Assembly: GCA_949283525.1 (NCBI GenBank)
Contig: CASDSK010000043.1
Coordinates: 1,113-65,112, forward strand
Direction: 5' to 3'
Length of the DNA stretch: 64,000 bases
Origin: an uncultured Eubacteriales bacterium
Lineage (GTDB): Bacteria > Bacillota > Clostridia > Christensenellales > UBA1242
Of this stretch, positions 30,791 to 42,615 are shown piece by piece. The first letter of the stretch is position 1. Each line of letters begins with the position of its first letter. Position numbers and translations under genes: made by a program. The notes beneath the pieces were generated by a model. That model did no database searches. It saw only the letters and a program-made list of their open reading frames with translations, and was not told where the DNA came from.

Positions 30791-31654
30791 TTACGATTTT
30801 TTATGAAAAGCAAGCCCAATAGTTCCAACTCCACAATGCGTGCCAATTGTTGGCCCGACAGGCTGAATCTCTACTATTCCTTCTTTGTTTAGATAATCTT
30901 CAATTAATTCTTTTAATTCTTTAGCACACTCATCTTGGAAAGCATGCACTATGTAGATTGGATAATTTTTGGCATCTAATTCATTTTGTTTAAATATGTC
31001 AAATAGGCCTCTAACTACCCCTTTCATTCCTTTTGCAGTTTGCAATTTAACAATTGCACCTTGTTCATCAATTTTTAGTATTGGTTTAATATTTAATAAA
31101 GTGCCCAATACTGCTGTAGTTCCACTAACTCTACCACCTCTTTTTAGGTGCATTAGATTTTCTACACCAAAAAATATGCCTATTTCTTTTCTAAAGTTTT
31201 CTACAAAATTTACTATTTCTTCAGCACTACAACCTTCTTTGTATTTTTTGTACGCTTCTTCTACGACTATTGCTTCGCCTACTGAAATGTTGTTTGTATC
31301 TACTGTCAATATCTTTCTATCTGGATACTTTTTTATTAATTCTTCTATCGCTTGATTCATATATTCAAAAGTATTTGACAATTTATTTGAAAAAGTAACA
31401 TATACAATGTCATCGCCTTGAGATAAAATTGGCTCAAAATATTCAATATAATTGTCTTTATTTAAACCACACGTAGTTGGTTGAACACCCTTTTTGACTT
31501 GCTCAAAAAAATTGATATAATCACTGTTTCGTCCTAAATCAGCACTTAAAAGTTCATCATTAAGACAATATGGCATATTTATTACATTAATATCCATCTC
31601 ATCAACTTTTGAGTACCATAGTTCACTATTGGTATCAATAAAAAATTTTAACAT
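30791..31654 (-). CDS. DegV family fatty-acid-binding protein
   Basis: MLKFFIDTNSEL..., the TTCGLN.. region, and GVGTIGLAF at the C-terminus. The track start at 31666 is TTG; I prefer an ATG at 31654/31657. Confidence 0.8.
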   Translation of the reverse strand: MLKFFIDTNSELWYSKVDEMDINVINMPYCLNDELLSADLGRNSDYINFFEQVKKGVQPTTCGLNKDNYIEYFEPILSQGDDIVYVTFSNKLSNTFEYMNQAIEELIKKYPDRKILTVDTNNISVGEAIVVEEAYKKYKEGCSAEEIVNFVENFRKEIGIFFGVENLMHLKRGGRVSGTTAVLGTLLNIKPILKIDEQGAIVKLQTAKGMKGVVRGLFDIFKQNELDAKNYPIYIVHAFQDECAKELKELIEDYLNKEGIVEIQPVGPTIGTHCGVGTIGLAFHKKS

Positions 31655-31742
31655 CATAAACTCCAAATAATTATTTAATAAATTAATTTTACATATTTAA
31701 TTAAAATTTGTCAAACAAATTAAACTAAAATTAATTTTGATA

Positions 31743-31771
31743 TTGACAATACTACAGTCTTGTGCTAAACT
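31743..31771 (+). promoter_or_regulatory. sigma-70-type promoter for the small basic protein gene
   Basis: TTGACA (31743-31748), 17-nt spacer, TGcTAAACT extended -10 (31766-31771). Confidence 0.45.
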
Positions 31772-31795
31772 TTTGATGTAGGAGATGTTATTATT

Positions 31796-32041
31796 ATGGA
31801 AAAATTAGAAAAATTTGATAAAATCGTAGATAATATTGAACGCAAACAATGCTATGATGAAGATTATTATAATCGCCGCAGCCAACAAATAATTGAGGCT
31901 AAAATTAAAGCAAAAAAAAGAAAAAGAGCCAATCAAAAGTTAACAAAGAAATTAAAAGAAAAAGAACAAAAAGAAAAAGATGCTATTTCCATTTCTTTGA
32001 TACAAGAATCTGTCAAAGAAGATTTAGAAATGCTTATGTAA
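31796..32041 (+). CDS. small Lys-rich hypothetical protein
   Basis: 81-aa ORF with a promoter upstream and a terminator downstream. Confidence 0.4.
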   Translation: MEKLEKFDKIVDNIERKQCYDEDYYNRRSQQIIEAKIKAKKRKRANQKLTKKLKEKEQKEKDAISISLIQESVKEDLEMLM

Positions 32042-32056
32042 TACAAATTAATAATA

Positions 32057-32097
32057 CAAAAAACACGGCAAATTATAAACTTTCCGTGTTTTTTTTG
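32057..32097. terminator. bidirectional terminator between the small ORF and dnaJ
   Basis: AAAAAACACGG-loop-CCGTGTTTTTTTT. Confidence 0.65.
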
Positions 32098-32101
32098 ATT
32101 A

Positions 32102-33244
32102 TTATAAATTTTTAACTTTATCTACGTATTTTTTGTATTTATCATATTGTGCTTGGTCAACATTATCATCTAGACTTTTTACTGCTTCTTTTGTCTTTCT
32201 ATCAAGATTTTTTGGAAATTCCACTTTCACAGTTACAAGCAAATCTCCTCGAGATGATTTTCTTAATACAGGTACTCCCTTACCTTTGAGTTTAAAAGTT
32301 GTTCCTGTTTGTGTTAGTTCAGGTATTGTTAATTCAAGTTTACCTTCTAATGATGGTATTGTAATTTTCCCACCTAGTATGCTAGTTGTAAATGGGATAG
32401 GCACTTCTAACTTAACATCAAAACCATCACGTTCTAAAAGTGGGTGTTTGTCAACTTTAACTTTAAGCATTAAGTCGCCATCATATCCACCATTGACTCC
32501 ACTATTACCTTCACCACGCAAAGTGAGTATTTGACCTTCATCAATTCCGGCTGGGACTGTAACTTTAATTGTCCTAGCACTCTTTATTATTCCTTTACCA
32601 TTACATTCATTGCAACGTTCTTTAATGATTTTACCTTTACCATTACAAGATTTACAAACGCCGACAGAAGTCATTTGACCAAAAAGTGTATTTTGTGTGT
32701 ATTTAACTCTGCCACTTCCACCACATTCAGTACAAGTTTTGTATTCTGTACCATTTTTTGCACCCGTACCTTTACACTTTGTACAAGTTTCTTCTCGATT
32801 AATTTTTATTTCTTTAACACACCCAAAGCACGCTTCGTGAAAAGTTAGATTAATTGTTGCATTTATATCACTTCCATCTCGTGCTTGATTGTTAACATTG
32901 GTTCTCGCCCCTGCTCCAAAGCCACCAAATAAATCGCTAAAAATATCTCCAAAACCACCAAAGCCACCAAAATTAGATTGCGAACCTTGTCTAAATCCTC
33001 CAAATCCTCCACCAAAGCCGGCAGGCCCTTCAGCATTGCCATAAGTATCATAATTTCTTCGCTTTGTTTCATCTGATAGCACACTATATGCTTCGTTTAC
33101 TTGTTTAAATTTTTCTGCTGCACCTTGTGGGTCGTCTTTATTTAGGTCAGGATGATATTGTTTAGCCTTTTTGCGATATGCTGATTTTATTTCATCCTGA
33201 GTGGCATTTTTTGATACGCCTAGCACTTCATAAAAATCTGCCAT
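32102..33244 (-). CDS. dnaJ: chaperone DnaJ
   Basis: J-domain [11 protein letters not shown]-rich linker, four CxxCxGxG zinc motifs. Confidence 0.95.
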   Translation of the reverse strand: MADFYEVLGVSKNATQDEIKSAYRKKAKQYHPDLNKDDPQGAAEKFKQVNEAYSVLSDETKRRNYDTYGNAEGPAGFGGGFGGFRQGSQSNFGGFGGFGDIFSDLFGGFGAGARTNVNNQARDGSDINATINLTFHEACFGCVKEIKINREETCTKCKGTGAKNGTEYKTCTECGGSGRVKYTQNTLFGQMTSVGVCKSCNGKGKIIKERCNECNGKGIIKSARTIKVTVPAGIDEGQILTLRGEGNSGVNGGYDGDLMLKVKVDKHPLLERDGFDVKLEVPIPFTTSILGGKITIPSLEGKLELTIPELTQTGTTFKLKGKGVPVLRKSSRGDLLVTVKVEFPKNLDRKTKEAVKSLDDNVDQAQYDKYKKYVDKVKNL

Positions 33245-33255
33245 TATAAATTCCT

Positions 33256-35145
<1,890 letters not shown>

Positions 35146-35940
35146 TTATTTAGATATTTTGACAATGCTATGTTTTATAACTTTGTCGTTCATAATGTAG
35201 CCTTTCTCTATTTCTTCAATGATTGTTCCACTTTCTTTATCACTTTCTTCTGCAAAAACTACATTATGAAAATTTGGGTCATAATGTTCCCCCAAACAGT
35301 GTATTTGCTGGATATTATAATCTCCAAAAGTTTTTTCGAACACTTTTTTTATCATTAATAATCCTTCTACACTTTGTTTGTCTGTTGTATATTTAATTGC
35401 ACGTTCAACAGCATCTAATGCCGGCAAAAATGCCAAAACTGTTTCCTTTATTCCTTCATTTTTTGCTTGTTTAATAGCGTCATTATTTCTTCTGCGATAA
35501 TTATCAAAATCTGCTTGAATTTGTTTCGCTAAGTTTAAGTATTGATTAGCTAAATCTATATTTTTGTCACAATCTACATTGATTTCATTGTCTTTATCTT
35601 CATCGCATTCTTTGCATAAATTTTCATTATGACAATTTTCGTCTTCCAAATCATTGTCATCGTTATTGTCATCACCACCACTACTAAATGCAGTATTGCT
35701 ATCACTATCTTGACAATTATTTACACAAGTATCATTTTTATCACTTTCTATACCCTTGCAACCACAATCACAATCACTGCATAGTTCTATTCTCGTACTA
35801 TTGCTTGCACAGCCACAATCACAATCACTGCATAATTTAAAATTGCCATTTTCGTTTGTGCCATACAACAAAATATTATTTAATAATGATTTAGCAATCA
35901 ATAAATTAATTACAAAGTTGTGTGCAACTAATTTAATCAT
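35146..35940 (-). CDS. grpE: nucleotide exchange factor GrpE with a ~125-aa Cys/Asp-rich N-terminal extension
   Basis: The C-terminal two thirds are canonical (ADFDNYRRR, LPALDAVERA, HYDPNFHNVV). The ATG at 35940 follows AAGGAG and overlaps the hrcA stop. Confidence 0.85.
   Translation of the reverse strand: MIKLVAHNFVINLLIAKSLLNNILLYGTNENGNFKLCSDCDCGCASNSTRIELCSDCDCGCKGIESDKNDTCVNNCQDSDSNTAFSSGGDDNNDDNDLEDENCHNENLCKECDEDKDNEINVDCDKNIDLANQYLNLAKQIQADFDNYRRRNNDAIKQAKNEGIKETVLAFLPALDAVERAIKYTTDKQSVEGLLMIKKVFEKTFGDYNIQQIHCLGEHYDPNFHNVVFAEESDKESGTIIEEIEKGYIMNDKVIKHSIVKISK
35762..35834 (-). repeat. 22-bp perfect direct repeat inside the grpE extension
   Basis: CCACAATCACAATCACTGCATA occurs at 35762-35783 and 35813-35834. 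It encodes the duplicated LCSDCDCGC peptide, 17 codons apart. Confidence 0.8.
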
Positions 35941-37009
35941 CTTTTTCTCCTTTTTTATTATTAGCGTTTGACTGTAACAAATCTGTTTTATTAAATTCAT
36001 CAACTATAAATTTTAAAGCGCCTGAAATTTTGGCATAATCCATTCTTTTTGGCCCAATAATTCCAACAGATGCTATGTTTTCGCCATTAATTTTACAATG
36101 TGCCTTAGCAATCGTACAATCGCTTAGTCGGTCGTCACAAAGTTCATCACCAATACTAAATTCTATTTCCTCATCACTTTCAGCATCTATAAGACTTTTT
36201 AGTTCTTCTTTGTCTTCTAATAACTTTAGAACATCTTTGGCTTGTTCTACGTTTTGATACTCTGGATTTTTTAATAATTTTGTAGCACCTTTACTATAAA
36301 CACCTTCTTTCGCATACTGCTTTGTCATTGTAACTAATGAATCTAACACATACTCAAAAAAATTAGCATATTCATTTAGTTCTTGCAAAATTTCTTGATG
36401 TTTTTGTTGAATATTATCAATCATTTGACCTATTGTCATTGACTTAAATTTATTAGTTAGCACTCGTCCTGCGTCAAAACACGATTGTTCGTCTACATTT
36501 TGCTCTAATTCCAAAGTGTTATTTAACAATCCCCTAGGCGTTTGTATCAGCATTAATGCTTGATTAGTCATTAATGGAATTATCTTAATGCTCAGTATTT
36601 CAAGTTTTTCTATTCCACCAAAAGAAACTATTGTCGGGTAATCAGTAACTTCGCTAATTTTATCAGCAACAACTTTAATAAGTTCGCTTAAATTAATCGT
36701 TCTTTTTTCAAACACATTCTTGATATTCATTAAGCCTTCTAAATCAGCCCTACAACTATCTTTGATGGTATTTACAAAAAAACGATAACCCTTTGTTGTC
36801 GGTACTCTACCACCAGACGTATGCAATTGTTTTAAATATCCCATTTGTTCTAGTGCATTTAATTCATTTCTCAAAGTAGCACTAGATAATGTTGTTTCGC
36901 TTTTTTGTACCATAGCACCACTAGTTATGGGATTGGCATTCTCTATGTAGTCTTCTACTGCCTGAAAAAGTATTTGTTTCTTTCTTTGTGTTAATTCATT
37001 ATCATCCAC
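35933..37009 (-). CDS. hrcA: heat-inducible transcription repressor HrcA
   Basis: GTG start after GGTGG. N-terminal winged helix, conserved HTSGGRVPT motif. First gene of the hrcA-grpE-dnaK-dnaJ operon. Confidence 0.9.
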   Translation of the reverse strand: MDDNELTQRKKQILFQAVEDYIENANPITSGAMVQKSETTLSSATLRNELNALEQMGYLKQLHTSGGRVPTTKGYRFFVNTIKDSCRADLEGLMNIKNVFEKRTINLSELIKVVADKISEVTDYPTIVSFGGIEKLEILSIKIIPLMTNQALMLIQTPRGLLNNTLELEQNVDEQSCFDAGRVLTNKFKSMTIGQMIDNIQQKHQEILQELNEYANFFEYVLDSLVTMTKQYAKEGVYSKGATKLLKNPEYQNVEQAKDVLKLLEDKEELKSLIDAESDEEIEFSIGDELCDDRLSDCTIAKAHCKINGENIASVGIIGPKRMDYAKISGALKFIVDEFNKTDLLQSNANNKKGEKDD

Positions 37010-37056
37010 GCATAACCACCTACAAATTTGTTTTTAGCAAACGTTATTTTTGTCTG

Positions 37057-37083
37057 TTAGCACTCTCTATCTTTAAGTGCTAA
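37057..37083. promoter_or_regulatory. CIRCE operator
   Basis: TTAGCACTC-N9-AAGTGCTAA, one mismatch from the consensus TTAGCACTC-N9-GAGTGCTAA. Lies 48 nt upstream of hrcA. Confidence 0.9.
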
Positions 37084-37087
37084 CAGT

Positions 37088-37116
37088 ATTATACTCTTAT
37101 TATATACCATTGTCAA
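37088..37116 (-). promoter_or_regulatory. sigma-70-type promoter of the hrcA operon
   Basis: Minus strand: TTGACA (37111-37116), 17 nt, TATAAT (37088-37093), immediately upstream of CIRCE. Confidence 0.7.
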
Positions 37117-37277
37117 CAAAAAATAACATAAATTTTAAATTTTTTTTATTTTTTTTAAATTTATTTACAAATTTAATATAAATAAAATTTAATTATTTTA
37201 TAATTATAAACTCAAAAAAATAAGATAATTTTCTTAAATAAACTTTATTAATTAATGATTAAGGGCTCAAAAAAAAA

Positions 37278-37313
37278 GGAATCAGTTTAACCCTTAGGGT
37301 TAAATTGATTCCC
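37278..37313 (-). terminator. terminator hairpin after the 83-aa ORF
   Basis: GGAATCAGTTTAACCC-TTA-GGGTTAAATTGATTCC, 16-bp arms with 1 mismatch, A/T runs on the flanks. Confidence 0.65.
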
Positions 37314-37317
37314 TTAA

Positions 37318-37569
37318 TTATCTATCCAATCCTTTTTCATCTACATATTTTAAACAAACGTTTTTAAGCCCTTTTAATTGTCTTTCTCCTCTAGTACTGT
37401 CAGCACTATTTGTTGTAATGAGCATTGAATATTTATATGCTCCTTCTACAACTTTATCTTTGTATTTACTCTCATCTTTATCATCAATTGCTTTTTTGAT
37501 GACATTTTTTTGCCCTTCAGATATTGGCATTGCACTTAAATTCTCAAGGATTATTATTTTTTTGTCCAT
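37318..37569 (-). CDS. small hypothetical protein
   Basis: ATG at 37569, 8 nt after GAGGA. 83 aa with no known motif. Confidence 0.4.
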   Translation of the reverse strand: MDKKIIILENLSAMPISEGQKNVIKKAIDDKDESKYKDKVVEGAYKYSMLITTNSADSTRGERQLKGLKNVCLKYVDEKGLDR

Positions 37570-37691
37570 ATTACTATTCCTCACTTATTATTTTAATAAT
37601 ATTATATTATTAATACGATTTATTATAACATTATTTTTCAAATTTGTCAAATTTTAGGTTTTTGACAGTTTTATTTGTTTTTTTATTTTAT

Positions 37692-38642
37692 TTAGCACAA
37701 TGTATTTTCGTGTCTATGAGATTTTAACGTTTCTTTCTTTTTATCAAACTCTTTCAACAATTCTTGCAACTTAGTAATATATTTTTCGTTCTTACTACTT
37801 TGGATTTTTGCTGAGTGTAGTTCAATATCTGCATCTTTAATATCTCTTAAATAACAGTAGTTTACATCTGCGTCCACATACTTTGCAACAATTTCTCCAT
37901 ACTTCTCAAGATTATTTTTTGCCATAAATTTAGCATAATAATAACATTGTACAGGGTCTTTATTTTCTATAATAATCTGACCGTGTGCGTCTATATCTGC
38001 ACCTTTGACTACTTTAGCATAAGCAAAATTCAAATCAGGTTCTCTGCTCGCGATTACAATTTGTCCGTGTCCTATTACATCTGCACCTTTAACATATTTA
38101 GCGAACAAATAGTTATCTTTTGGTATGGCATATTTTATAACTGCTTCACAGTGTCCAAGTATATCAGCATCGGGTATTTCTCTTGCGTATTTAAGATTAA
38201 GTTTACTTGAACCATATTTCATAACAACTTACCCATGCATTCTTATATCAGCATTAGGGACTTCTTTAGCAAACTTAAAGTTAAGTTCAGGGTTTTTGCT
38301 TGTAACAACAACCATTCCGTGTGATAGCGTATCAGCACCTTCAACATCCCTTGCAAACAAAAAGTTTACTTCAGGGTCTTTACTTAATATGACAATTTTA
38401 CCTAATTTAACACGATCTGCATTTTTGTGTGCTTTAGCAAATTCATAACACGCTTTAGCGTCTTTACTTTCAATTAATAATTCTTCTTCAATTTTTAAGT
38501 TCAAAAAGTCAAACATTTCTTCTGTAGTAGCAGAAGAATTTTGTGTTTTTGATAATTTCTCATATAATTTTTTAATAGGTGTAATGTCTTTTAATTTTTT
38601 TATGTTCTTTAATTTGCTTATAATTTATAAAAAATCTTTCAT
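37692..38642 (-). pseudogene. 28-residue tandem-repeat protein gene interrupted by two in-frame TAA codons
   Basis: TTGACA-17-TAGACT promoter, AAGGAG RBS and ATG at 38642. MKDFL, then TAA (38625-38627), then 37 open codons joining track ORF 38229-38516. A second TAA (38229-38231) follows, and the same frame continues into ORF 37692-38222. About eight 28-aa repeats. Confidence 0.6.
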
Positions 38643-38758
38643 AATCACACTCCTTATTTGTTAATTTAAGTCTATCATCATAAAAAGATTTTGTCAATAC
38701 AAGTTTTAAAAAAATAAATTTTTAAGTGCAATTTTTTATATTTTTAGCAAAATTGTAA

Positions 38759-41005
38759 TTAACTATTATATGAACAACTGCGTTTTGATAAAAAATAATT
38801 TATTACTTTAAGTATTGTTATACACAATAAAATTATTACAATTATAATAAATATTGAAGCGAAAATACTATAACTTGCAAACAATTGTGCAATTTTGTAT
38901 ACAAAATAGGAAGTTATATAAGCAACGCAAAATTGCATACACACTGAGAATATTGTCCATTTATTTCCAATAATTGAACGCATTGAACTTATTGTTGCTA
39001 CACAAGGTGTGTACAATAAACAAAATGTCAAGAAACTTAAGACACTTATTGAATCAAAATGAATTACACTAGTCGCCGAAAGAACGCTTAAACCAACTAA
39101 ATCATTAATATCCCCCACTCCTACATTGTTTATTATGCCTATACTACTGACTATTAGTTCTTTGGCAATCAAACCTGCTAGCAAGGCACTAACTGCACCC
39201 CATTCGCCGAAACCCAATGGCGTAAAAATAGGAGCTAAAACTTGTGATATTCTTTGTAAAATGCTTATTTCATTTTCATCATTTATGTAATGAAAACTTA
39301 TTGTAAAACTTTGCAAAAACCATATTAAAATTGAAAAAATAAGTATATAACTTGCTACTCTAACAATAAATTGCCACATATTCTTAAAAACAGATTTAAT
39401 AACTATCTTAATTTTTGGCACTCTATATGGTGGAAATTCTAACAAAAAAGAATTTTGTTTGTTTGGCAAAAGTGTTTTGTCTAAAATATTAACAATTATT
39501 AAACCAATTACTGCTGAAAGAATATATAAACCAAATATTATCAATACATTATTAGCCCCGAAGAATGCACCACCTAAGACTGCAAACACAGGCAATTTAG
39601 CACTGCAAGCCATATATGGTGTAGTTAAAATTGTTTTTAATCTCGCATTTGCATTATCTAAATTTTCCGCCGTCAATAATGCGGTTGCAGTGCAACCATA
39701 ACCCATTAAAAATGTAAATACACTTTTACCTGACAAACCAATTTTGTTACATACGCCTTCAAGCAAATATGCTAATCTTGACATATATCCACTTTCTTCT
39801 AAAATAGTTAAAAACATAAAAAGCAATAACACTTGTGGCAAGAATGATACAATTGAACCTACTCCCCCCATTATGCCATCTACAAAAAGCGAATATATAA
39901 ATTGGACACCAATGTTGTCAATCATTCTTATTATGGGGATACTAACAGTTTCAAGTAACCACTCTAGTTTATCACTACAAAAACTGCCAAATGCCCCAAA
40001 AGTTATATAGAAAACAAATAGTATTATTAACAAAAATATAGGTAAGGCTAGGTATTTATTAAGTAAAATTTTATCAATGTTAAATTTATCTTTAACAATT
40101 TTAGTTTGCTTTTGATTTTCTCCATTATTTACTACAACTTGCTTTTCTTTATAAATACATTGCGTTAATAATTCATCAATCTTTTTGTAGCGTAAAGCAT
40201 AAATTTTTTCAACACAATCTTCATTTACTAACTGCTGTATAGATTCTTTATCTTTACTACTAAGGTTATATAAACTAATATAATATTCATTGCCTTCTAG
40301 TATTCTTAATGCAACAAATTTATCCAAGTATGTCTTATCGCTTTTATTTAATTTTTGAAAACTTAAATACTTTTGATTGCATATTTCTTTATTTATACAA
40401 TCTTTTGTGCAAAACAACTTTTCTTTAGGGTGTTGTTTTATGCTCTCTGATTGAATTTTGCTTAAATCTATTTCATACTTATTTAAAATAGTAACAATTT
40501 GTTTGATGGGTAATTTTTGTAAATAATCTAAATTTAAGGTATTTAAGTTTTTTGCCGTTTCATTAAAACTATTAAGAACTTCTTTTTTCTTAAAAAAATT
40601 TATAACTTTTATTTGACAACCAATTATGGATGACAATTTGTTATAATCATATTTATCACTTTTACCAAAATTATTTATAACTATAGTTACATCATTATTT
40701 AGTTCCAAAAGTTGTAAAGTTAATATTAAATTTCTACGTAAATTATCTTGTTCGCAAATATTATAGATTGGTAAAAAATTTTGCAATATAAAATTTGAAG
40801 TAATTTTTTCTTCTAAACTAAAAGCATTAAGGGAGTAAGTTCCTGCTAAGTCAATTAATTCAATATCTTGATTTACAACTTTGTGACAAATTGGGTCAAT
40901 AGTTACCCCGTGCCAATTTCCTATGTGATAGTTTTGTTTCGTAGCATTATTAAAAAAAGTTGTTTTACCTGTGTTTGGATTACCCACTAAAGCAATTGTT
41001 CGCAT
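38759..41005 (-). CDS. feoB: ferrous iron transporter FeoB
   Basis: G-domain GNPNTGKTT, DLAGTYSL. Large polytopic C-terminal permease domain. Confidence 0.9.
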   Translation of the reverse strand: MRTIALVGNPNTGKTTFFNNATKQNYHIGNWHGVTIDPICHKVVNQDIELIDLAGTYSLNAFSLEEKITSNFILQNFLPIYNICEQDNLRRNLILTLQLLELNNDVTIVINNFGKSDKYDYNKLSSIIGCQIKVINFFKKKEVLNSFNETAKNLNTLNLDYLQKLPIKQIVTILNKYEIDLSKIQSESIKQHPKEKLFCTKDCINKEICNQKYLSFQKLNKSDKTYLDKFVALRILEGNEYYISLYNLSSKDKESIQQLVNEDCVEKIYALRYKKIDELLTQCIYKEKQVVVNNGENQKQTKIVKDKFNIDKILLNKYLALPIFLLIILFVFYITFGAFGSFCSDKLEWLLETVSIPIIRMIDNIGVQFIYSLFVDGIMGGVGSIVSFLPQVLLLFMFLTILEESGYMSRLAYLLEGVCNKIGLSGKSVFTFLMGYGCTATALLTAENLDNANARLKTILTTPYMACSAKLPVFAVLGGAFFGANNVLIIFGLYILSAVIGLIIVNILDKTLLPNKQNSFLLEFPPYRVPKIKIVIKSVFKNMWQFIVRVASYILIFSILIWFLQSFTISFHYINDENEISILQRISQVLAPIFTPLGFGEWGAVSALLAGLIAKELIVSSIGIINNVGVGDINDLVGLSVLSATSVIHFDSISVLSFLTFCLLYTPCVATISSMRSIIGNKWTIFSVCMQFCVAYITSYFVYKIAQLFASYSIFASIFIIIVIILLCITILKVINYFLSKRSCSYNS

Positions 41006-41092
41006 TATACACCACCAAATTCTACTATTATATCATTATTCAAAATGAGTTTTTTTTAGCACAAAAAAATTATAAAACTCATATATATTGAT

Positions 41093-41350
41093 ATGAAATT
41101 ATGCGAACTATCAAGTGGAAATTCTTGTTTAATCGTTAATATTTATGCTGAGCCAAAACTCAAAAGACGTCTATATGAATTAGGTTTTTTGCCAAACTCC
41201 ACAATTGAACTTTTGAATGTATCGCCAATGTCTCGTGCTTACTTAATTAGAATTAATAATTCGATTTTTGCTATAAGAAAAGATATTGCTAACAAAATAC
41301 AGGTCAAAGAAATATCTTATAATAATATAACAAATATTTTAAATTGTTAA
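41093..41350 (+). CDS. feoA: FeoA domain protein
   Basis: 85 aa. SH3-like FeoA pattern: LKRRLYELGFLPNSTIELLNVSPM...IRINNSIFAIRKDIA. Confidence 0.75.
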   Translation: MKLCELSSGNSCLIVNIYAEPKLKRRLYELGFLPNSTIELLNVSPMSRAYLIRINNSIFAIRKDIANKIQVKEISYNNITNILNC

Positions 41351-41430
41351 TATTTATAATTTAACAAATAAAAAAAGGCTTTATAATGAAGTGCTAATAC
41401 AGTGTTCACTTCATAAATAATGCCTTCTTT

Positions 41431-42564
41431 TTATAATTCTACTTCACTTTTCTTTACTTTTTTTCTTCTAGTTGGTTTGTCCATTGTCCCATAATCAGTT
41501 AAATTTTTTAGTGCTTTTTTTATTCTTTTTGTTTTCTCTTTTGTAGAAAATTTTTCTACACTATTTTGTTTTCTTAACCATTCTTCTCTTTCTTCTTTAG
41601 GCAATACGGCTAATTCAAATTCATCTGGTATTTTGACATTGTCATTACCAATAATATATTTAATTTCCTCATCTGTTATGATTTTGTCTTCTAAATATGC
41701 TTTTTGTAGGTCTAATAGTGCTTTTTTATATTTAAAATCAGATTTCTTTTCCCAAACTTTTGCTAATGCATATCCACTTATTCCAATCCAACATAATGCA
41801 AAACTTGCAGAATTTGTTTGTGTTAAAACGTCTACAATATTAGGTGGCAACATTTGGGTTAAATATAAACCATATATAAAACTTATTGACGATAGTACTT
41901 TGATATTTTTATTAATACTTTTTTCTAACAAAAAATCTTTTTCAACATTTATCCCCAATTTTCTTAACTTTGACTGTTCATAAGTAACTTTTTCAAATTC
42001 ATCAAGGAAATAATCATAAGAATCTTTTTTCTTATCGTAAACTTTATTACCTTGATATCCTTTTGTATTGGTTTTTTTATCATTTTCATTGACATTTAAA
42101 ACATTATTTTTAAGTGCAATAGTAACTTTCTTTTGAGCGTTAAATAAATCGGCTAATTTTTCTTGCATCATATCATTCAATTTTGCATTTTCTTTTTTGT
42201 CAGCCATTTCTTCATTACGTTCATTATTTATATTAGATAAGTCATTTAATTTTAATATTTTATCCAAATCTTGTTTATCTACTTCTATTTCATCAACTAA
42301 CTCATCTTGACGCAATTTTAACCTTCTTAAGCCTTCTTCGCTAAGATTATCAGGGTTCTTACCATTAAGTGCTTTAAATTCTACTCTTCTTCTAATCTTA
42401 TTATTATCTACAACTTCATATAGAATTCTGCAATCAAAACCACCAATTATTGAAGGATACAAATTTGGTTCTTGCTCTTTTTGGGGAATTTCACGTTGCA
42501 TAAACTCTTCATAATTGGTATTTTCTAACATAGATTTTAAAAGTCTACGAACATCTTTTTCCAT
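41431..42564 (-). CDS. hypothetical membrane protein
   Basis: 377 aa, charged and coiled-coil-rich, with two central hydrophobic helices (ISFIYGLYLTQML, FALCWIGISGYALA). Confidence 0.4.
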   Translation of the reverse strand: MEKDVRRLLKSMLENTNYEEFMQREIPQKEQEPNLYPSIIGGFDCRILYEVVDNNKIRRRVEFKALNGKNPDNLSEEGLRRLKLRQDELVDEIEVDKQDLDKILKLNDLSNINNERNEEMADKKENAKLNDMMQEKLADLFNAQKKVTIALKNNVLNVNENDKKTNTKGYQGNKVYDKKKDSYDYFLDEFEKVTYEQSKLRKLGINVEKDFLLEKSINKNIKVLSSISFIYGLYLTQMLPPNIVDVLTQTNSASFALCWIGISGYALAKVWEKKSDFKYKKALLDLQKAYLEDKIITDEEIKYIIGNDNVKIPDEFELAVLPKEEREEWLRKQNSVEKFSTKEKTKRIKKALKNLTDYGTMDKPTRRKKVKKSEVEL

Positions 42565-42615
42565 AACTTTCTCCTAATGATATTAGTTTATCATATAAAA
42601 CTTTATACGTCAATA

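Noticed and set aside
38759-41350. feoA and feoB are divergently transcribed rather than forming a feoAB operon
   Set aside because: It is unusual, but both genes look intact and share an 87-nt intergenic region. This is probably a simple rearrangement with a shared regulatory region, not evidence of a new system.
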